Virus record (IMG/VR): IMGVR_UViG_3300037466_003065
Coordinates: 64,001-128,000 of that record
Source of the DNA: a virus
DNA length: 64,000 nucleotides
Strand: one strand, 5' to 3'
Part shown: positions 1 to 9,404 of the stretch, one piece after another
How the letters are laid out: every line of letters starts with the position of its first letter
Numbering within the stretch: the first letter of the stretch is position 1
Notes under the pieces: generated by a model
Seen by the model: only the letters and a program-made list of their open reading frames with translations
Databases searched by the model: none
What the model was told of the DNA's origin: nothing
Made by a program: the position numbers and the translations under genes

Positions 1-270
1 CACATCTTCCTGCAGCGGGGTGGCCCCGACTACCGCCGCGGCATCCCCCTCTACCTCGACCGTGGGCGTGCCCGTTACGAGGAGTTGGCACTCAAGCGGT
101 GCTCGGACAACACGTACGCGAGGGCGAAGAACGGATGGTTCTCGGGGGAGGAAAACCGAATCCTCCAGTTCACCCGCGAGCGGCAGAAGGCTCTCCACAC
201 CGAGAAGACATCAAAGGCGGCCAAGCTGCCGGGCGGCGGGGCCCCGGACACCGCATCGGTTGCAGGCTAA
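1..270 (+). CDS. C-terminal fragment of a gene running in from the window edge; probable DnaB-like replicative helicase
   Basis: Frame 1 is open from base 1 (HIFLQRGGPDYRRGIPLYLDRGRARYEEL...), loosely resembling the DnaB C-terminal R-x-G / l.fd...rf.e segment; abuts the primase start. Confidence 0.4.
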   Translation, partial: HIFLQRGGPDYRRGIPLYLDRGRARYEELALKRCSDNTYARAKNGWFSGEENRILQFTRERQKALHTEKTSKAAKLPGGGAPDTASVAG

Positions 271-1452
271 ATGGCGATCATCGTTCACAACTACTGGACG
301 CGACTGGCCGACCAGGTGTTGGCCCAGTACGTCGCCCACCCGCACCTGATCGAGTCGCTACTGACGAAGATCGGCGTGCAGGAGATGCACCACGATCACG
401 GGAAGGACATCCGGTGCCCGTGCCCCATTCACGGGGGCACGAAGCTGGAGAACTTCCGGATCTGGTATCACCTGGGCGTCCCGCGGTGGCGGTGCTTCAG
501 CGGGTCGTGTGGCAACGGCGACCTGGTCAAGCTGCTCCGGCTGAAGTACGGCGCCAGCTACTCACAGGCCGTCGTCTCGCTCGCCCGGCTCGCCGGCATG
601 CAGGTGGACGGCATGAGCGTCCACGTCCCGGTGGAGACCCTTCAGGAGGAGTCGATCTCGGCGATGGAGCGGCGGCTGGGCATCCACCGCAAGACGGAGG
701 AGCCCAAGACCTTCCCGGAGGAGATGAACGAGCGTGCCCAGCGGTTCCTCGGGAACCGGCAGAACGTGCACGTGCAGGAGTATTTGACCGGGCCGATCAC
801 CCAGCGTGCCCGGTGGGGTGAGAAGTGCCGCCAGCTCCCCTACGACATCATCAGGCAGTTCGAGATGGGCTTCGTCCCTGCCCGGTCGTGGATCTACGAG
901 GATCCGAACGAGAAGGACAGGCGGGGGCAGCCCAAGCAGAAGGGGTGGTTCGTCGACCGCATCAGCGTCCCGTGGCGAATGCCGGACGGGCGACTGATCG
1001 GCTTCGCCGGCCGGCGGGTCGACGGGCAGAAGGACAAGAAGTGGCACACGCTCTTCGGCACGAAGAAGTCCATGACGTTCTACGGCCTGCACTACCCGCA
1101 GACCTTGGAGATGATCCGGGCGACCCGCCAGGTCATCCTCGTCGAGGGCTACACCGACGTGATGCGGGCGTGGCAGTTCGGACTCTTTAACACGATCAGC
1201 GGCGGCGGCACGGAGCTGAGCGAGGAGCAGATGCGACTCCTCGCCCAGTTCGACCTCGCCCGCGCGTTCACCTACATGGACGGGGACGACGCCGGCCAGA
1301 TCGCGACTCAGACCATCGGGAGGCAGCTCTCGCGAATTACCAATGTCTTTAACGCCATTCCGCCGATTGATTGTGATCCCAGCGATTTAGTCGATTTTGA
1401 CTCATTCATTCAGCCGCTCAAGGCGGCACTTCAATTCACTCCAAAGGAGTAG
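271..1452 (+). CDS. dnaG: DNA primase (CHC2 zinc finger + TOPRIM)
   Basis: CPIH...WRCFSGSC zinc finger; LIGFAGRR; VILVEGYTD and YMDGDDAG TOPRIM motifs. Confidence 0.92.
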   Translation: MAIIVHNYWTRLADQVLAQYVAHPHLIESLLTKIGVQEMHHDHGKDIRCPCPIHGGTKLENFRIWYHLGVPRWRCFSGSCGNGDLVKLLRLKYGASYSQAVVSLARLAGMQVDGMSVHVPVETLQEESISAMERRLGIHRKTEEPKTFPEEMNERAQRFLGNRQNVHVQEYLTGPITQRARWGEKCRQLPYDIIRQFEMGFVPARSWIYEDPNEKDRRGQPKQKGWFVDRISVPWRMPDGRLIGFAGRRVDGQKDKKWHTLFGTKKSMTFYGLHYPQTLEMIRATRQVILVEGYTDVMRAWQFGLFNTISGGGTELSEEQMRLLAQFDLARAFTYMDGDDAGQIATQTIGRQLSRITNVFNAIPPIDCDPSDLVDFDSFIQPLKAALQFTPKE

Positions 1453-1457
1453 CTCAG

Positions 1458-2333
1458 ATGAACGGTAACGGCATCCAGTTCCCCTACGAAAACAACTGCG
1501 TCCTCGCCGGGCAGGTCGCCCCGAAGAAGCAGGGCGAGAACCCCATCCAGTACAAGGCCGGCCAGAACGGCGGCCCCGGTCGCGTGATCGTCTCCATCAA
1601 GATGAAGCGCGAGTGGAACAAGAACGGCCAGGTCGAGCGGCGCATCCAGTTCGTCCGCCTCGTCGGCTACGGGCAGGCCGGTAAGTTCCTGCAGGACAAC
1701 CTCCAGCCGGGCATGTTCGTCCGCTTCAAGGGCGAGTTCAAGATGTCCTGGTTCAAGGTGCAGCAGGGCCCCGAGGCCGGCCAGTTCAAGCCCAACATCG
1801 AGTTCATCCTCGGCCGGCCCGAGCAGCAGGGCGGCAACCCCCCGATCTCCTGCATCGGCAACGGCCCCATCGAGTTCGAGCAGGCCACCAACAACCAGCA
1901 GGGTGGCGGCAACTTCAACAACAACGGTGGCGGCAACGGCTTCAACAACGGCAACAACGGCGGCGGGTTCAACGGCGGCGGGAACGGCTTCAACAACGGC
2001 GGTGGGAACCAGCAGGGCGGCTTCCAGAACGGCGGCAACCAGGGCGGGTTCAACAGCCAGCAGGGCAACGGCAACAACGGGAACTTCAACAACGGCGGCG
2101 CCCAGCAGAACGGGAACGGCGGCGGCTTCAACCAAGGCCAGCAGCAGAACCAGCAGGGCAACGGCGGCGGCAACGGGTTCCAGGGTTCGACGATGCCCCA
2201 GCAGGGCCAGAACCAGGGCTTCAACGGCGGCGGCCAGTTCCAGAACAACGGCGGCCAGCAGCAGGGCAACGGTGGCGGGCAGGGCGGGAATGGCGGGCAG
2301 GGCAACTTTCGCCAGGACGACATTCCGTTCTAG
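1458..2333 (+). CDS. ssb: single-stranded DNA-binding protein with long G/N/Q-rich linker
   Basis: OB-fold-like N-terminus (VLAGQV...LVGYGQAG...PGMFVRFKGEF), low-complexity linker, acidic DDIPF C-terminal tip. Confidence 0.88.
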   Translation: MNGNGIQFPYENNCVLAGQVAPKKQGENPIQYKAGQNGGPGRVIVSIKMKREWNKNGQVERRIQFVRLVGYGQAGKFLQDNLQPGMFVRFKGEFKMSWFKVQQGPEAGQFKPNIEFILGRPEQQGGNPPISCIGNGPIEFEQATNNQQGGGNFNNNGGGNGFNNGNNGGGFNGGGNGFNNGGGNQQGGFQNGGNQGGFNSQQGNGNNGNFNNGGAQQNGNGGGFNQGQQQNQQGNGGGNGFQGSTMPQQGQNQGFNGGGQFQNNGGQQQGNGGGQGGNGGQGNFRQDDIPF

Positions 2334-2455
2334 CAGCATCTTGCTAGAGGATGCCACCGATCGACTGAACGCAACTCAGGGGCTGCCTTACGGCTCCCCT
2401 GAGTTGCAGGCTGTGGTCGACGAGCTCGTCGACCTGCTTAGGAAAGGATTTTGAC

Positions 2456-2686
2456 ATGATCACCAGCAACACCCACACCCACACCGTCAGCGTCTGCCTT
2501 CGCCAGCTCGAGACCGGCCGCGAACTTCTGCCCGACTGCGGTCGCGGCCTCGTTAAGGCCGAGGCCGAGAAGCGTAACCCGGGCGTTGCAATCGCCGCGA
2601 TCATCCTGATCTCGAGTTACGTCGACCGCGTCGCCGGCCGCATCGAGTACACCTGGGAAGTCATCCACGCCGAACAGGGGGCTTGA
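2456..2686 (+). CDS. hypothetical protein
   Basis: 76-aa ORF with AGGA upstream; packs against the next gene. Confidence 0.6.
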   Translation: MITSNTHTHTVSVCLRQLETGRELLPDCGRGLVKAEAEKRNPGVAIAAIILISSYVDRVAGRIEYTWEVIHAEQGA

Positions 2687-2688
2687 AC

Positions 2689-3336
2689 ATGCGAGTTCTT
2701 GGAGTTGACCAGTCCCTGAACGCCACAGGCTTCGTGGTGCTCGACAACGGGACGGAGATCGTGGCCCAGAAGACGTTCCTCCTGGAGAAGGAAGAAGGGG
2801 TCGCCCGGTACGCCCGGATCCACGAGGTGGCTGACAATCTCGGCGCGTGGATCGGGGATCACGATCCCGACATCGTGTGCATGGAGGATTACGCCTTCAT
2901 GGCCGCGTCGGCGTCGATCGTACCGCTGATCGAACTGGGTGGCTCCATGCGGCTCGAGGCGTATCGCCGCGGGTACCACATGTCCCGCGCCACGGTGGCC
3001 GGCGGGCATAAGGCCCTGGTCATCCAGAACCAGTCGTCCATGAAGAAGTTCATGTTCGGCAAGGGCGACACGAAGAAGGACTCGGCCTATCTGCTGAAGG
3101 TGCTCGACATCACGGGCGTCCGGTTCGCCGACGACAACGTGGCCGACGCCTTCATGCACGCCCAGCTCACCACCTTCTACGCGAAGGTCGTCAGGGGCGA
3201 GATCCTGATGTCCAGCCTGAAGCGCGAGCAGCAGCTCGTCCTGTTGGGCAAGTTCATCAAGGGGACGAAGAAGATGAGCGAGGCCAAGGCCCTCGCGATG
3301 TCCGACGAAGAGAAGGCTCAACACGCGAGGCTGTAG
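2689..3336 (+). CDS. ruvC: RuvC-like Holliday junction resolvase
   Basis: MRVLGVDQSLNATG, VCMEDY and DNVADA acidic RNase-H-fold motifs. Confidence 0.8.
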   Translation: MRVLGVDQSLNATGFVVLDNGTEIVAQKTFLLEKEEGVARYARIHEVADNLGAWIGDHDPDIVCMEDYAFMAASASIVPLIELGGSMRLEAYRRGYHMSRATVAGGHKALVIQNQSSMKKFMFGKGDTKKDSAYLLKVLDITGVRFADDNVADAFMHAQLTTFYAKVVRGEILMSSLKREQQLVLLGKFIKGTKKMSEAKALAMSDEEKAQHARL

Positions 3337-3339
3337 ACG

Positions 3340-3825
3340 GTGGCTGGCTTTCCGAAGCATGAGATCAAGTTCAAGCCGGCGATGTGTCACCCTGACAAGC
3401 CGGCTTGGGCCCGTGGCCTGTGCAAGAACTGCTACAACAAATGGCTCCTGGCCAACAACCCCGCATACAAGGCGAAGCAGCAAGAGAACACTGACAGGTG
3501 GCACAAGAAGCACCCCGAACGGGTCTCGGGCCACAAGAAGAAGTGGGAGAAGGCAAACGGTAAGGCCGCATCCCGCCGCAAGGTGCTTCAGCAATACGAC
3601 CTCACTGAGGCCGACTACCAGCGGATGCTCACAAAGCAGGGAGGCGTCTGTCAGATCTGCCTGCAGCCGCCCAAGCCTGGTAAGTCGTTACATGTCGACC
3701 ACTGCCACGAGTCGGGGCGTGTCCGGGGTCTGCTTTGTTTCCGCTGTAACTTTGGTTTGAGCTGGTTTGCCGAGTCTGCCGAACGAATGGAGCGGGCGGT
3801 CGCCCACCTGAAAGGAACATCATGA
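3340..3825 (+). CDS. recombination endonuclease VII-like (His-Me finger) endonuclease, probable homing endonuclease
   Basis: CQIC...LHVDHCHESGRVRGLLCFRCN motif; less GC-biased codons than neighbours. Confidence 0.88.
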   Translation: MAGFPKHEIKFKPAMCHPDKPAWARGLCKNCYNKWLLANNPAYKAKQQENTDRWHKKHPERVSGHKKKWEKANGKAASRRKVLQQYDLTEADYQRMLTKQGGVCQICLQPPKPGKSLHVDHCHESGRVRGLLCFRCNFGLSWFAESAERMERAVAHLKGTS

Positions 3826-4295
3826 GCGAAGTATTGAAGAGCGATAAGCCGGAGCGTGAATTTGGCACCGGCGCCATTCGCGACAACGCCGAGGGCAAGG
3901 GTCGCTTCGACCTCGTCCCTTGGACTGCGATCTGGGATTTGGCGAAGTACCAGGAGGTCGCATCGAAGCGGTACCCCTCCGACAACTGGAGGCACGGGAT
4001 CCCGCTGCGCACGTTCCTCGACTCGGCCCTGCGTCACCTGATCAAGCTGACGCTCGGCATGCAGGACGAGGATCACTGGGCGGCGGCCATGTGGAACCTC
4101 ACGTGCATGCGTGAGACCTACTACATGGTCAAGCTCGGGAAGATCCCCCAATTCGTCGACGACCCCAAGAATCCGGGCAAGCAGATCGACCTCCTCGACC
4201 TGCCGGCCTGGTTCGACATGGCGACGGTGACCAAGGACAACAGGCTGGTGCTCCGCGAGGAGCCGAAACTGCCAGCGGGCAGCCCGCCTCTGTAA
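3822..4295 (+). CDS. dATP/dGTP diphosphohydrolase domain protein (DUF5664-like)
   Basis: GKGRFDLVP...RYPSDNWRHG...LDSALRHL...DHWAAAMWN pattern. Confidence 0.8.
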   Translation: MSEVLKSDKPEREFGTGAIRDNAEGKGRFDLVPWTAIWDLAKYQEVASKRYPSDNWRHGIPLRTFLDSALRHLIKLTLGMQDEDHWAAAMWNLTCMRETYYMVKLGKIPQFVDDPKNPGKQIDLLDLPAWFDMATVTKDNRLVLREEPKLPAGSPPL

Positions 4296-4319
4296 CTATT
4301 CGCCCAGAAGGAAGGCATC

Positions 4320-4724
4320 ATGGAAGAAGAGATCAAGAAGCTGCCACGGTACGTCAAGACCTGGCTGAGCGGCCTGAAGCTGCTCACGCCGGACATGATC
4401 CAGGCCGCACCGCTCACGATGTGCGACCGCCGGGATCTGATCCAGGCGTACATGTTCCACCGCAACGTGCCCGTCGCCCAGGCCCAAGCAGAACTACGGA
4501 CGCTCGACGAGATCATCGTCGCGCTGTGCAAGCACGACGACATCACCAACGGCGAAGTCAAGCGGGTGAAGCAGCTCATGGAGAACAAGCATAGGGATAC
4601 GGGCAACTTCACCGCCGAAGAGGTCGCGTACGTCCTCCAGCTCAACACGAAGTACCTGTGCACGCCCAAGCGGCCCCCGGTCGGCGAGGGCAGCCCCACC
4701 AGCATGATCCCCGACCTCGGTTAA
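4320..4724 (+). CDS. hypothetical protein
   Basis: 134 aa, GAAGG upstream, phage-type codon bias. Confidence 0.7.
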   Translation: MEEEIKKLPRYVKTWLSGLKLLTPDMIQAAPLTMCDRRDLIQAYMFHRNVPVAQAQAELRTLDEIIVALCKHDDITNGEVKRVKQLMENKHRDTGNFTAEEVAYVLQLNTKYLCTPKRPPVGEGSPTSMIPDLG

Positions 4725-4740
4725 TCGGAAGGAATCTCCC

Positions 4741-6135
4741 TTGAAAGTGTCAACGCTCAGCCCGACCAAGCTCGAGACCGCCCGCCTCTGCGAGGCCCGC
4801 CTCGCGGCCAAGATGCACGACGAGGAGTACGAGGAGGAGCAGGGTTCCGGTGCCCTGATCGGCGTCCTCGCCCATGGCGCCGCCAAGAACTGGTACCGCT
4901 ACTGCTACTACACCAACCCGGAGACGGGCAAGATCGTCACCGGCGAGCCCAAGCCCACGGACGTCCGCGTCCCCGTCAACACCCCGGACGAGGCGTTCGA
5001 GGCCGCCATGCAGGAGTGTGCGGAGTCCGTCGACTTCGACGGCAACCCGGCCAGCCAACTCCCGAAGGAGCCCAACGACGTCATCGAGGCCCGGACGATG
5101 TTCGACATGATCATCGCCAACTACAACCGGGACGTCGTGAAGGTGCTGTACGCCGAACGCCGGTACAAGGGCCACCTGTCCAACGGCGTGCCGATCCACA
5201 CGATCATCGACCTGATCCTCGACCGCGGCAACGGCGTGATCGAGGTGGTCGACTTCAAGACCGGGTTCATCACCTGCACCGAGGACGAGATGATGAACAA
5301 GGATCAGGTTCTGATGAACCTGGTCGTCCTCAACCAGGATCAAGACCTCGCCCGCTTCCCGCACAAGCAGTTCACCTACTTCTGGGTGCGGAAGGGCTTC
5401 CAGACCGGGCCGGTCAGCATGCCGGTCGAGCGGCTGAAGGACTACGAGCTGTTCCTGCTCTACGAGTACCAGCGGCTGCTGAACATCCAGGAGCCGAAGG
5501 AGTCGATCAACCGCTTCTGCGGGAGCTGCGGGCGCCGGCACAAGTGCCAGAAGTTCGCCGACTTCGTCGCCGAGGCCCTCGGCAAGCCCAAGGAGCTGAC
5601 CCCGGAGGAGGCGGCCGCCGTCGACGACGAGACCCTGCTCTCCCAGAGCGACCTGCTCAAGGGCCAGATCCAGTTGCTGGAGTCCCGCCGCGAGGCGATC
5701 GGCGAGGTCATCAAGCTGCGGATGAAGAACGCCAACGTCAAGGAGATCGTCGGCGACAAGTTCAAGGTGCGGCTGCAGCAGAACATCTCGACCAGCTACA
5801 GCTACACGACCGTCGCGAGGCTGTGTAACGAGCGGAACGTCAACCTTGGCGACCTCGTGTCGCTCAGCAAGTCGAAGGTCGAGGCGGCGTTCAGCTCGGA
5901 CGCCGATGCCATGGCCGCCCTAACCCAGACGATGCAGAAGTTTTCGACTGCACCGTTCATCGTTGTCTCGCCGAAGAGTGCTGCGAAGCGTACGGCGGCG
6001 ACGGCTAAGGCGGCCCTCGACGGCAGCCAGCCCGCCAAGCCGCGGGCCCCGCGCAAGCAGAAGGCCGACCCGGCACCCCAGTCGGTGGCCGAGGCGTCGG
6101 TCGCCCCGCCGCCCGACGACACCCCTGCACTCTAA
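4741..6135 (+). CDS. PD-(D/E)XK Cas4/RecB-like exonuclease
   Basis: SPTKLET..C N-terminus, IDLI...VVDFKTG nuclease motif, C-terminal CGSCGRRHKC cysteine cluster. Confidence 0.82.
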   Translation: MKVSTLSPTKLETARLCEARLAAKMHDEEYEEEQGSGALIGVLAHGAAKNWYRYCYYTNPETGKIVTGEPKPTDVRVPVNTPDEAFEAAMQECAESVDFDGNPASQLPKEPNDVIEARTMFDMIIANYNRDVVKVLYAERRYKGHLSNGVPIHTIIDLILDRGNGVIEVVDFKTGFITCTEDEMMNKDQVLMNLVVLNQDQDLARFPHKQFTYFWVRKGFQTGPVSMPVERLKDYELFLLYEYQRLLNIQEPKESINRFCGSCGRRHKCQKFADFVAEALGKPKELTPEEAAAVDDETLLSQSDLLKGQIQLLESRREAIGEVIKLRMKNANVKEIVGDKFKVRLQQNISTSYSYTTVARLCNERNVNLGDLVSLSKSKVEAAFSSDADAMAALTQTMQKFSTAPFIVVSPKSAAKRTAATAKAALDGSQPAKPRAPRKQKADPAPQSVAEASVAPPPDDTPAL

Positions 6136-6147
6136 GGAAGGACTCAC

Positions 6148-7557
6148 ATGAACAGCTTGTACCGCCGCACGCGGGTGCTGCTCGTGTCCGATCATCCCGC
6201 CCTCGACACCGGCTTCGGCCGGGTGATCAAGGAGATCGGCACGGGCCTCGCCCTCAGCGACCAGTTCGAGGTCGCCCAGCTCGCGTGGTTCCCGCAGTGG
6301 GCCAACCGCGACCGCATGATCCCGTACCGCATCTTCCCCACCGGCCAGGTCGGCACGATCGCCGAGCGTCAGGCCGACAGCTACGGCCAGGTCAGCTTCG
6401 ACAAGGTCGTCGCCGAGTTCCAGCCCGACGTCGTCCTCACGCTGGGCGACGTCCACTGGGTCGACCACATCGCCCGCCGGCCCCGCAGCCATAAGCTGGT
6501 CGGGTACATCCCGGTCGACTGCGGGCCGATCCCCAAGAGCTGGATGCGGACGCTGGCGGCCTTCGACGAGGTCGTCGCGTTCGGGAAGTTCGGCGCCCAG
6601 CAGATCTGGGCCCACGATCCGGGCAAGCTCCTCAAGATCATCCCTCACGGGTGCGACGCCGACACGTTCAAGCCGCTGCGGGGCAAGCCCAACCCGGCCC
6701 GCGAGGCGATCGCCGGCCCGTTCAAGTTCGTGGTCGGCACGGTCGCCCGGAACACGGGCCGCAAGAACCTCCCTCGCCTCCTGAAGGCGTTCAAGAAGTT
6801 CATCAGTCGATACGGCGTCTGCGAGAACTGTGAGACCGTCAACTTCCTCGAGCCCGACCAGCGTGAGTGTTCGTGCAGCAACTGTGGCGGCAATCACTTT
6901 GCCTGGGGCCCGGGCAAGGATGACGCCTTCCTCTACCTGCACACGGTGGCAAAGGACTCGGCCGGCTACGACCTGCACGCCCTGATCGACCGCCTCGGCC
7001 TCAAGGGACGCGTCGGGATCCCGGACGGCATGGAGGTGGGGCAGGGCGTCCCGGACGACGAGCTGAACCTGATCTACAACGCGATGGACGTCTTCACCCT
7101 TCCCACGATGGGTGAAGGCTGGGGCCTGCCGATCGCAGAGGCCATGGCCGCCGGCCGGCCCGTGCTGGTCACCAACTACTCCGGACACATGGAGTTCGTG
7201 CAGGACGCCGGCTCGACGATCGACGTCGCGGAGTTCGAGACCAGCACGACCCACGGGGGCGAGTTCGCCCTGGTCGACATCAACGACTACGTGATGAAGC
7301 TCGACCAGCTCTACTACGATTCGGACTCGTTCTGGACGAAGTGGGGCCGGCACCTGATGGCCGGCGGCGTCCCCGAGGAGGCCAAGTCGCAGTTCATCAC
7401 CGGCGACCCGCTCCGGCTCGAGCTGGGCAACCGTGCCCGCGGGAAGATGCTCGACTACCGCTGGAACCTGATCGTCGCCCAGTGGGCGAGTCTCCTGAGC
7501 AGCCTGGTGGGCACGAAGCCCACCGTCGCCGACATGCTCGGCATGGAGGAAATGTGA
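6148..7557 (+). CDS. glycosyltransferase family 4 (GT-B) with inserted Cys-rich segment
   Basis: IPHG, VARNTGRKN, DVFTLPTMGEGWGLPIAEAMAAGRPV motifs; CENC...CSNC insert. Confidence 0.9.
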   Translation: MNSLYRRTRVLLVSDHPALDTGFGRVIKEIGTGLALSDQFEVAQLAWFPQWANRDRMIPYRIFPTGQVGTIAERQADSYGQVSFDKVVAEFQPDVVLTLGDVHWVDHIARRPRSHKLVGYIPVDCGPIPKSWMRTLAAFDEVVAFGKFGAQQIWAHDPGKLLKIIPHGCDADTFKPLRGKPNPAREAIAGPFKFVVGTVARNTGRKNLPRLLKAFKKFISRYGVCENCETVNFLEPDQRECSCSNCGGNHFAWGPGKDDAFLYLHTVAKDSAGYDLHALIDRLGLKGRVGIPDGMEVGQGVPDDELNLIYNAMDVFTLPTMGEGWGLPIAEAMAAGRPVLVTNYSGHMEFVQDAGSTIDVAEFETSTTHGGEFALVDINDYVMKLDQLYYDSDSFWTKWGRHLMAGGVPEEAKSQFITGDPLRLELGNRARGKMLDYRWNLIVAQWASLLSSLVGTKPTVADMLGMEEM

Positions 7558-8696
7558 GCCACAGCCGCAACATCATCTGGCGGGGCGCCGCCACCGACCC
7601 GTCCGGGTACGGGGAGGCCACCCGCAACTACGTCCTGGGCCTCGCCGACGCGGCGGCCGTCAAGCTGCAGAACGAATCGTTCTTCAAGGGGCAGCCCTGC
7701 CTGAACCACTGGGCCACGCTGGAGCGGTTGCGTCGGACGCGCGTCGACAACGACAAGCCCCACACCTACGTGCAGCACCTGACCCCCGAGAACTACGTCA
7801 CCCTCCCCGGCCAGCACGTCTACCACGTCGGCATGACGACGTTCGAGACCGACCGGATCCCCGACCAGTGGCGCACGCCGATGCGGGCGATGGACGAGAT
7901 CTGGACGCACAGCACGTGGGGCAAGACCGTCTTCGAGGAGCAGGGCATCCGCAACGTTAAGGTCGTCCCCCACGGGGTCGACACGAAGCGGTTCACCCCG
8001 GAGGGGCCCGCGCTCGGCGTGATCGAGGAGAGCGGCCTTGGTCGCTCATTCCTGTTCGGCTCCAACTTCGACTGGACGGAGCGGAAGAACCCGCGGGCCC
8101 TGCTCCGGGCCTTCCTCGGCGAGTTTGGGCCGGACGACGACGCCGCCCTGGTGATCAAGTCGTACCATCAGTTCCCCCTCGAGCGGTCGCGGGCCTACAT
8201 CCGCGGCTACATCGAGTCGGTGCGAAAAGAGTTGGGTAAACGAAAAGGCGACTCCGCGCCGATCTATGTCATCAGCGACATGCTGGACGGCGAAGACCTG
8301 CCCAGCTTCTACCGGTCGCTCGACGCGTACGTCCTCCCGACGCGCGGCGAGGGCTGGGGCCTGACGTACAGCGAGGCCATGGCGTGTGCGGTGCCGACGA
8401 TTGGTACGGGATGGGGTGGCAACACCCAGTTCATGAACACGCGGAACAGCGTCCTGCTCAGTTCCAAGTTGGTGCCGATCACCGCCGAGCAGGCGGGGCC
8501 CCAGCGACAGTACGCGGGACACCGGTGGGCCGAAGTGGACGTCGACGAGCTGCGTGTGGTCATGCGGAAGCTCTACGAGAGCAACTCGCTGGCCCAGTTC
8601 GGTGCGGTCGCCCGCGGTGACATGGTCAAGTATTTCAGTTGGGAGAACGCCTGCGTCCAGGCAATCGACGCGCTCGAGTTCGACGTCGCCTTCTAG
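7554..8696 (+). CDS. glycosyltransferase family 4 (GT-B)
   Basis: GTG start overlapping the previous stop (GTGA); SGYG, VPHGVD, ERKN, DAYVLPTRGEGWGLTYSEAMA motifs. Confidence 0.9.
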   Translation: MSHSRNIIWRGAATDPSGYGEATRNYVLGLADAAAVKLQNESFFKGQPCLNHWATLERLRRTRVDNDKPHTYVQHLTPENYVTLPGQHVYHVGMTTFETDRIPDQWRTPMRAMDEIWTHSTWGKTVFEEQGIRNVKVVPHGVDTKRFTPEGPALGVIEESGLGRSFLFGSNFDWTERKNPRALLRAFLGEFGPDDDAALVIKSYHQFPLERSRAYIRGYIESVRKELGKRKGDSAPIYVISDMLDGEDLPSFYRSLDAYVLPTRGEGWGLTYSEAMACAVPTIGTGWGGNTQFMNTRNSVLLSSKLVPITAEQAGPQRQYAGHRWAEVDVDELRVVMRKLYESNSLAQFGAVARGDMVKYFSWENACVQAIDALEFDVAF

Positions 8697-8703
8697 GAGA
8701 ACC

Positions 8704-9372
8704 GTGAGACGTACAAAGGACAACAGCAAGGAGCCGCTGGTCGAACTCGACCCCGGCAAGATGGTGGGGATGTTCGGGGTGAACTGGCGACAGTTGCCCA
8801 TGGTCTACGCGAGTTGCAACCTGCAGGGGACGCACGAGCAGCGCCAGCGGACGTACGACGGCCACTTCCGCATCGCCACGGAGCTGTGCCCCTTGGGCAT
8901 CCTGCTCTCCCCGCTCCGCAGCAACGGGGCCCTGGAGATCTGCGACGGCAGGGTCGGCAGCACCAGCCCGCTGAACTCCCTCACGCGGCCCGAGATCAGG
9001 GCACGAGACCTCAAGGACGTCGCCCGTTCCCGCGTCGTGATGCTCGACCTCGAAGCCCACGAGATCGAGTACGACGTGCTCGAGCGCGAGGATCGGATCG
9101 GTGCCACTCCCAAGGAGCACCGCCTGATCCGGGCCGGCTCGCCGCCCGGTTACCAGGCCAAGGTGCTCGGCCAGGTCACGATGCCCGCTCCGTTCACGGG
9201 CAGCGTCGTCGAGTGTTACGAGGCTTACCGGCTGGGCATCCCGGTCGTCGCGTACAACGCCCCCAAGCGAACCCCTCAAAGCTACTCGCCCTGGTTCGGG
9301 GACTTCTTCACCAAGGTGCTCGACACCGAGAAGGACGCGATCGAGTACGTCCGGCGTAACTGGCTGGTGTAA
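8704..9372 (+). CDS. nucleoside 2-deoxyribosyltransferase / nucleotide N-glycosidase-like protein
   Basis: AGGAGA + GTG start; D(V)ARSRVV and TGSVVECYEAYRLGIPVVAY resemble the NDT-family D..ad.v / GT..E.g.A...gkpv motifs. Confidence 0.5.
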   Translation: MRRTKDNSKEPLVELDPGKMVGMFGVNWRQLPMVYASCNLQGTHEQRQRTYDGHFRIATELCPLGILLSPLRSNGALEICDGRVGSTSPLNSLTRPEIRARDLKDVARSRVVMLDLEAHEIEYDVLEREDRIGATPKEHRLIRAGSPPGYQAKVLGQVTMPAPFTGSVVECYEAYRLGIPVVAYNAPKRTPQSYSPWFGDFFTKVLDTEKDAIEYVRRNWLV

Positions 9373-9404
9373 AGAACCACCCTCGTTCGGTCGATCATTT
9401 CACC

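Noticed and set aside
2341-2454. 37-aa TTG-start ORF after ssb
   Set aside because: No clear RBS and lower-GC sequence; cannot be supported without homologs.
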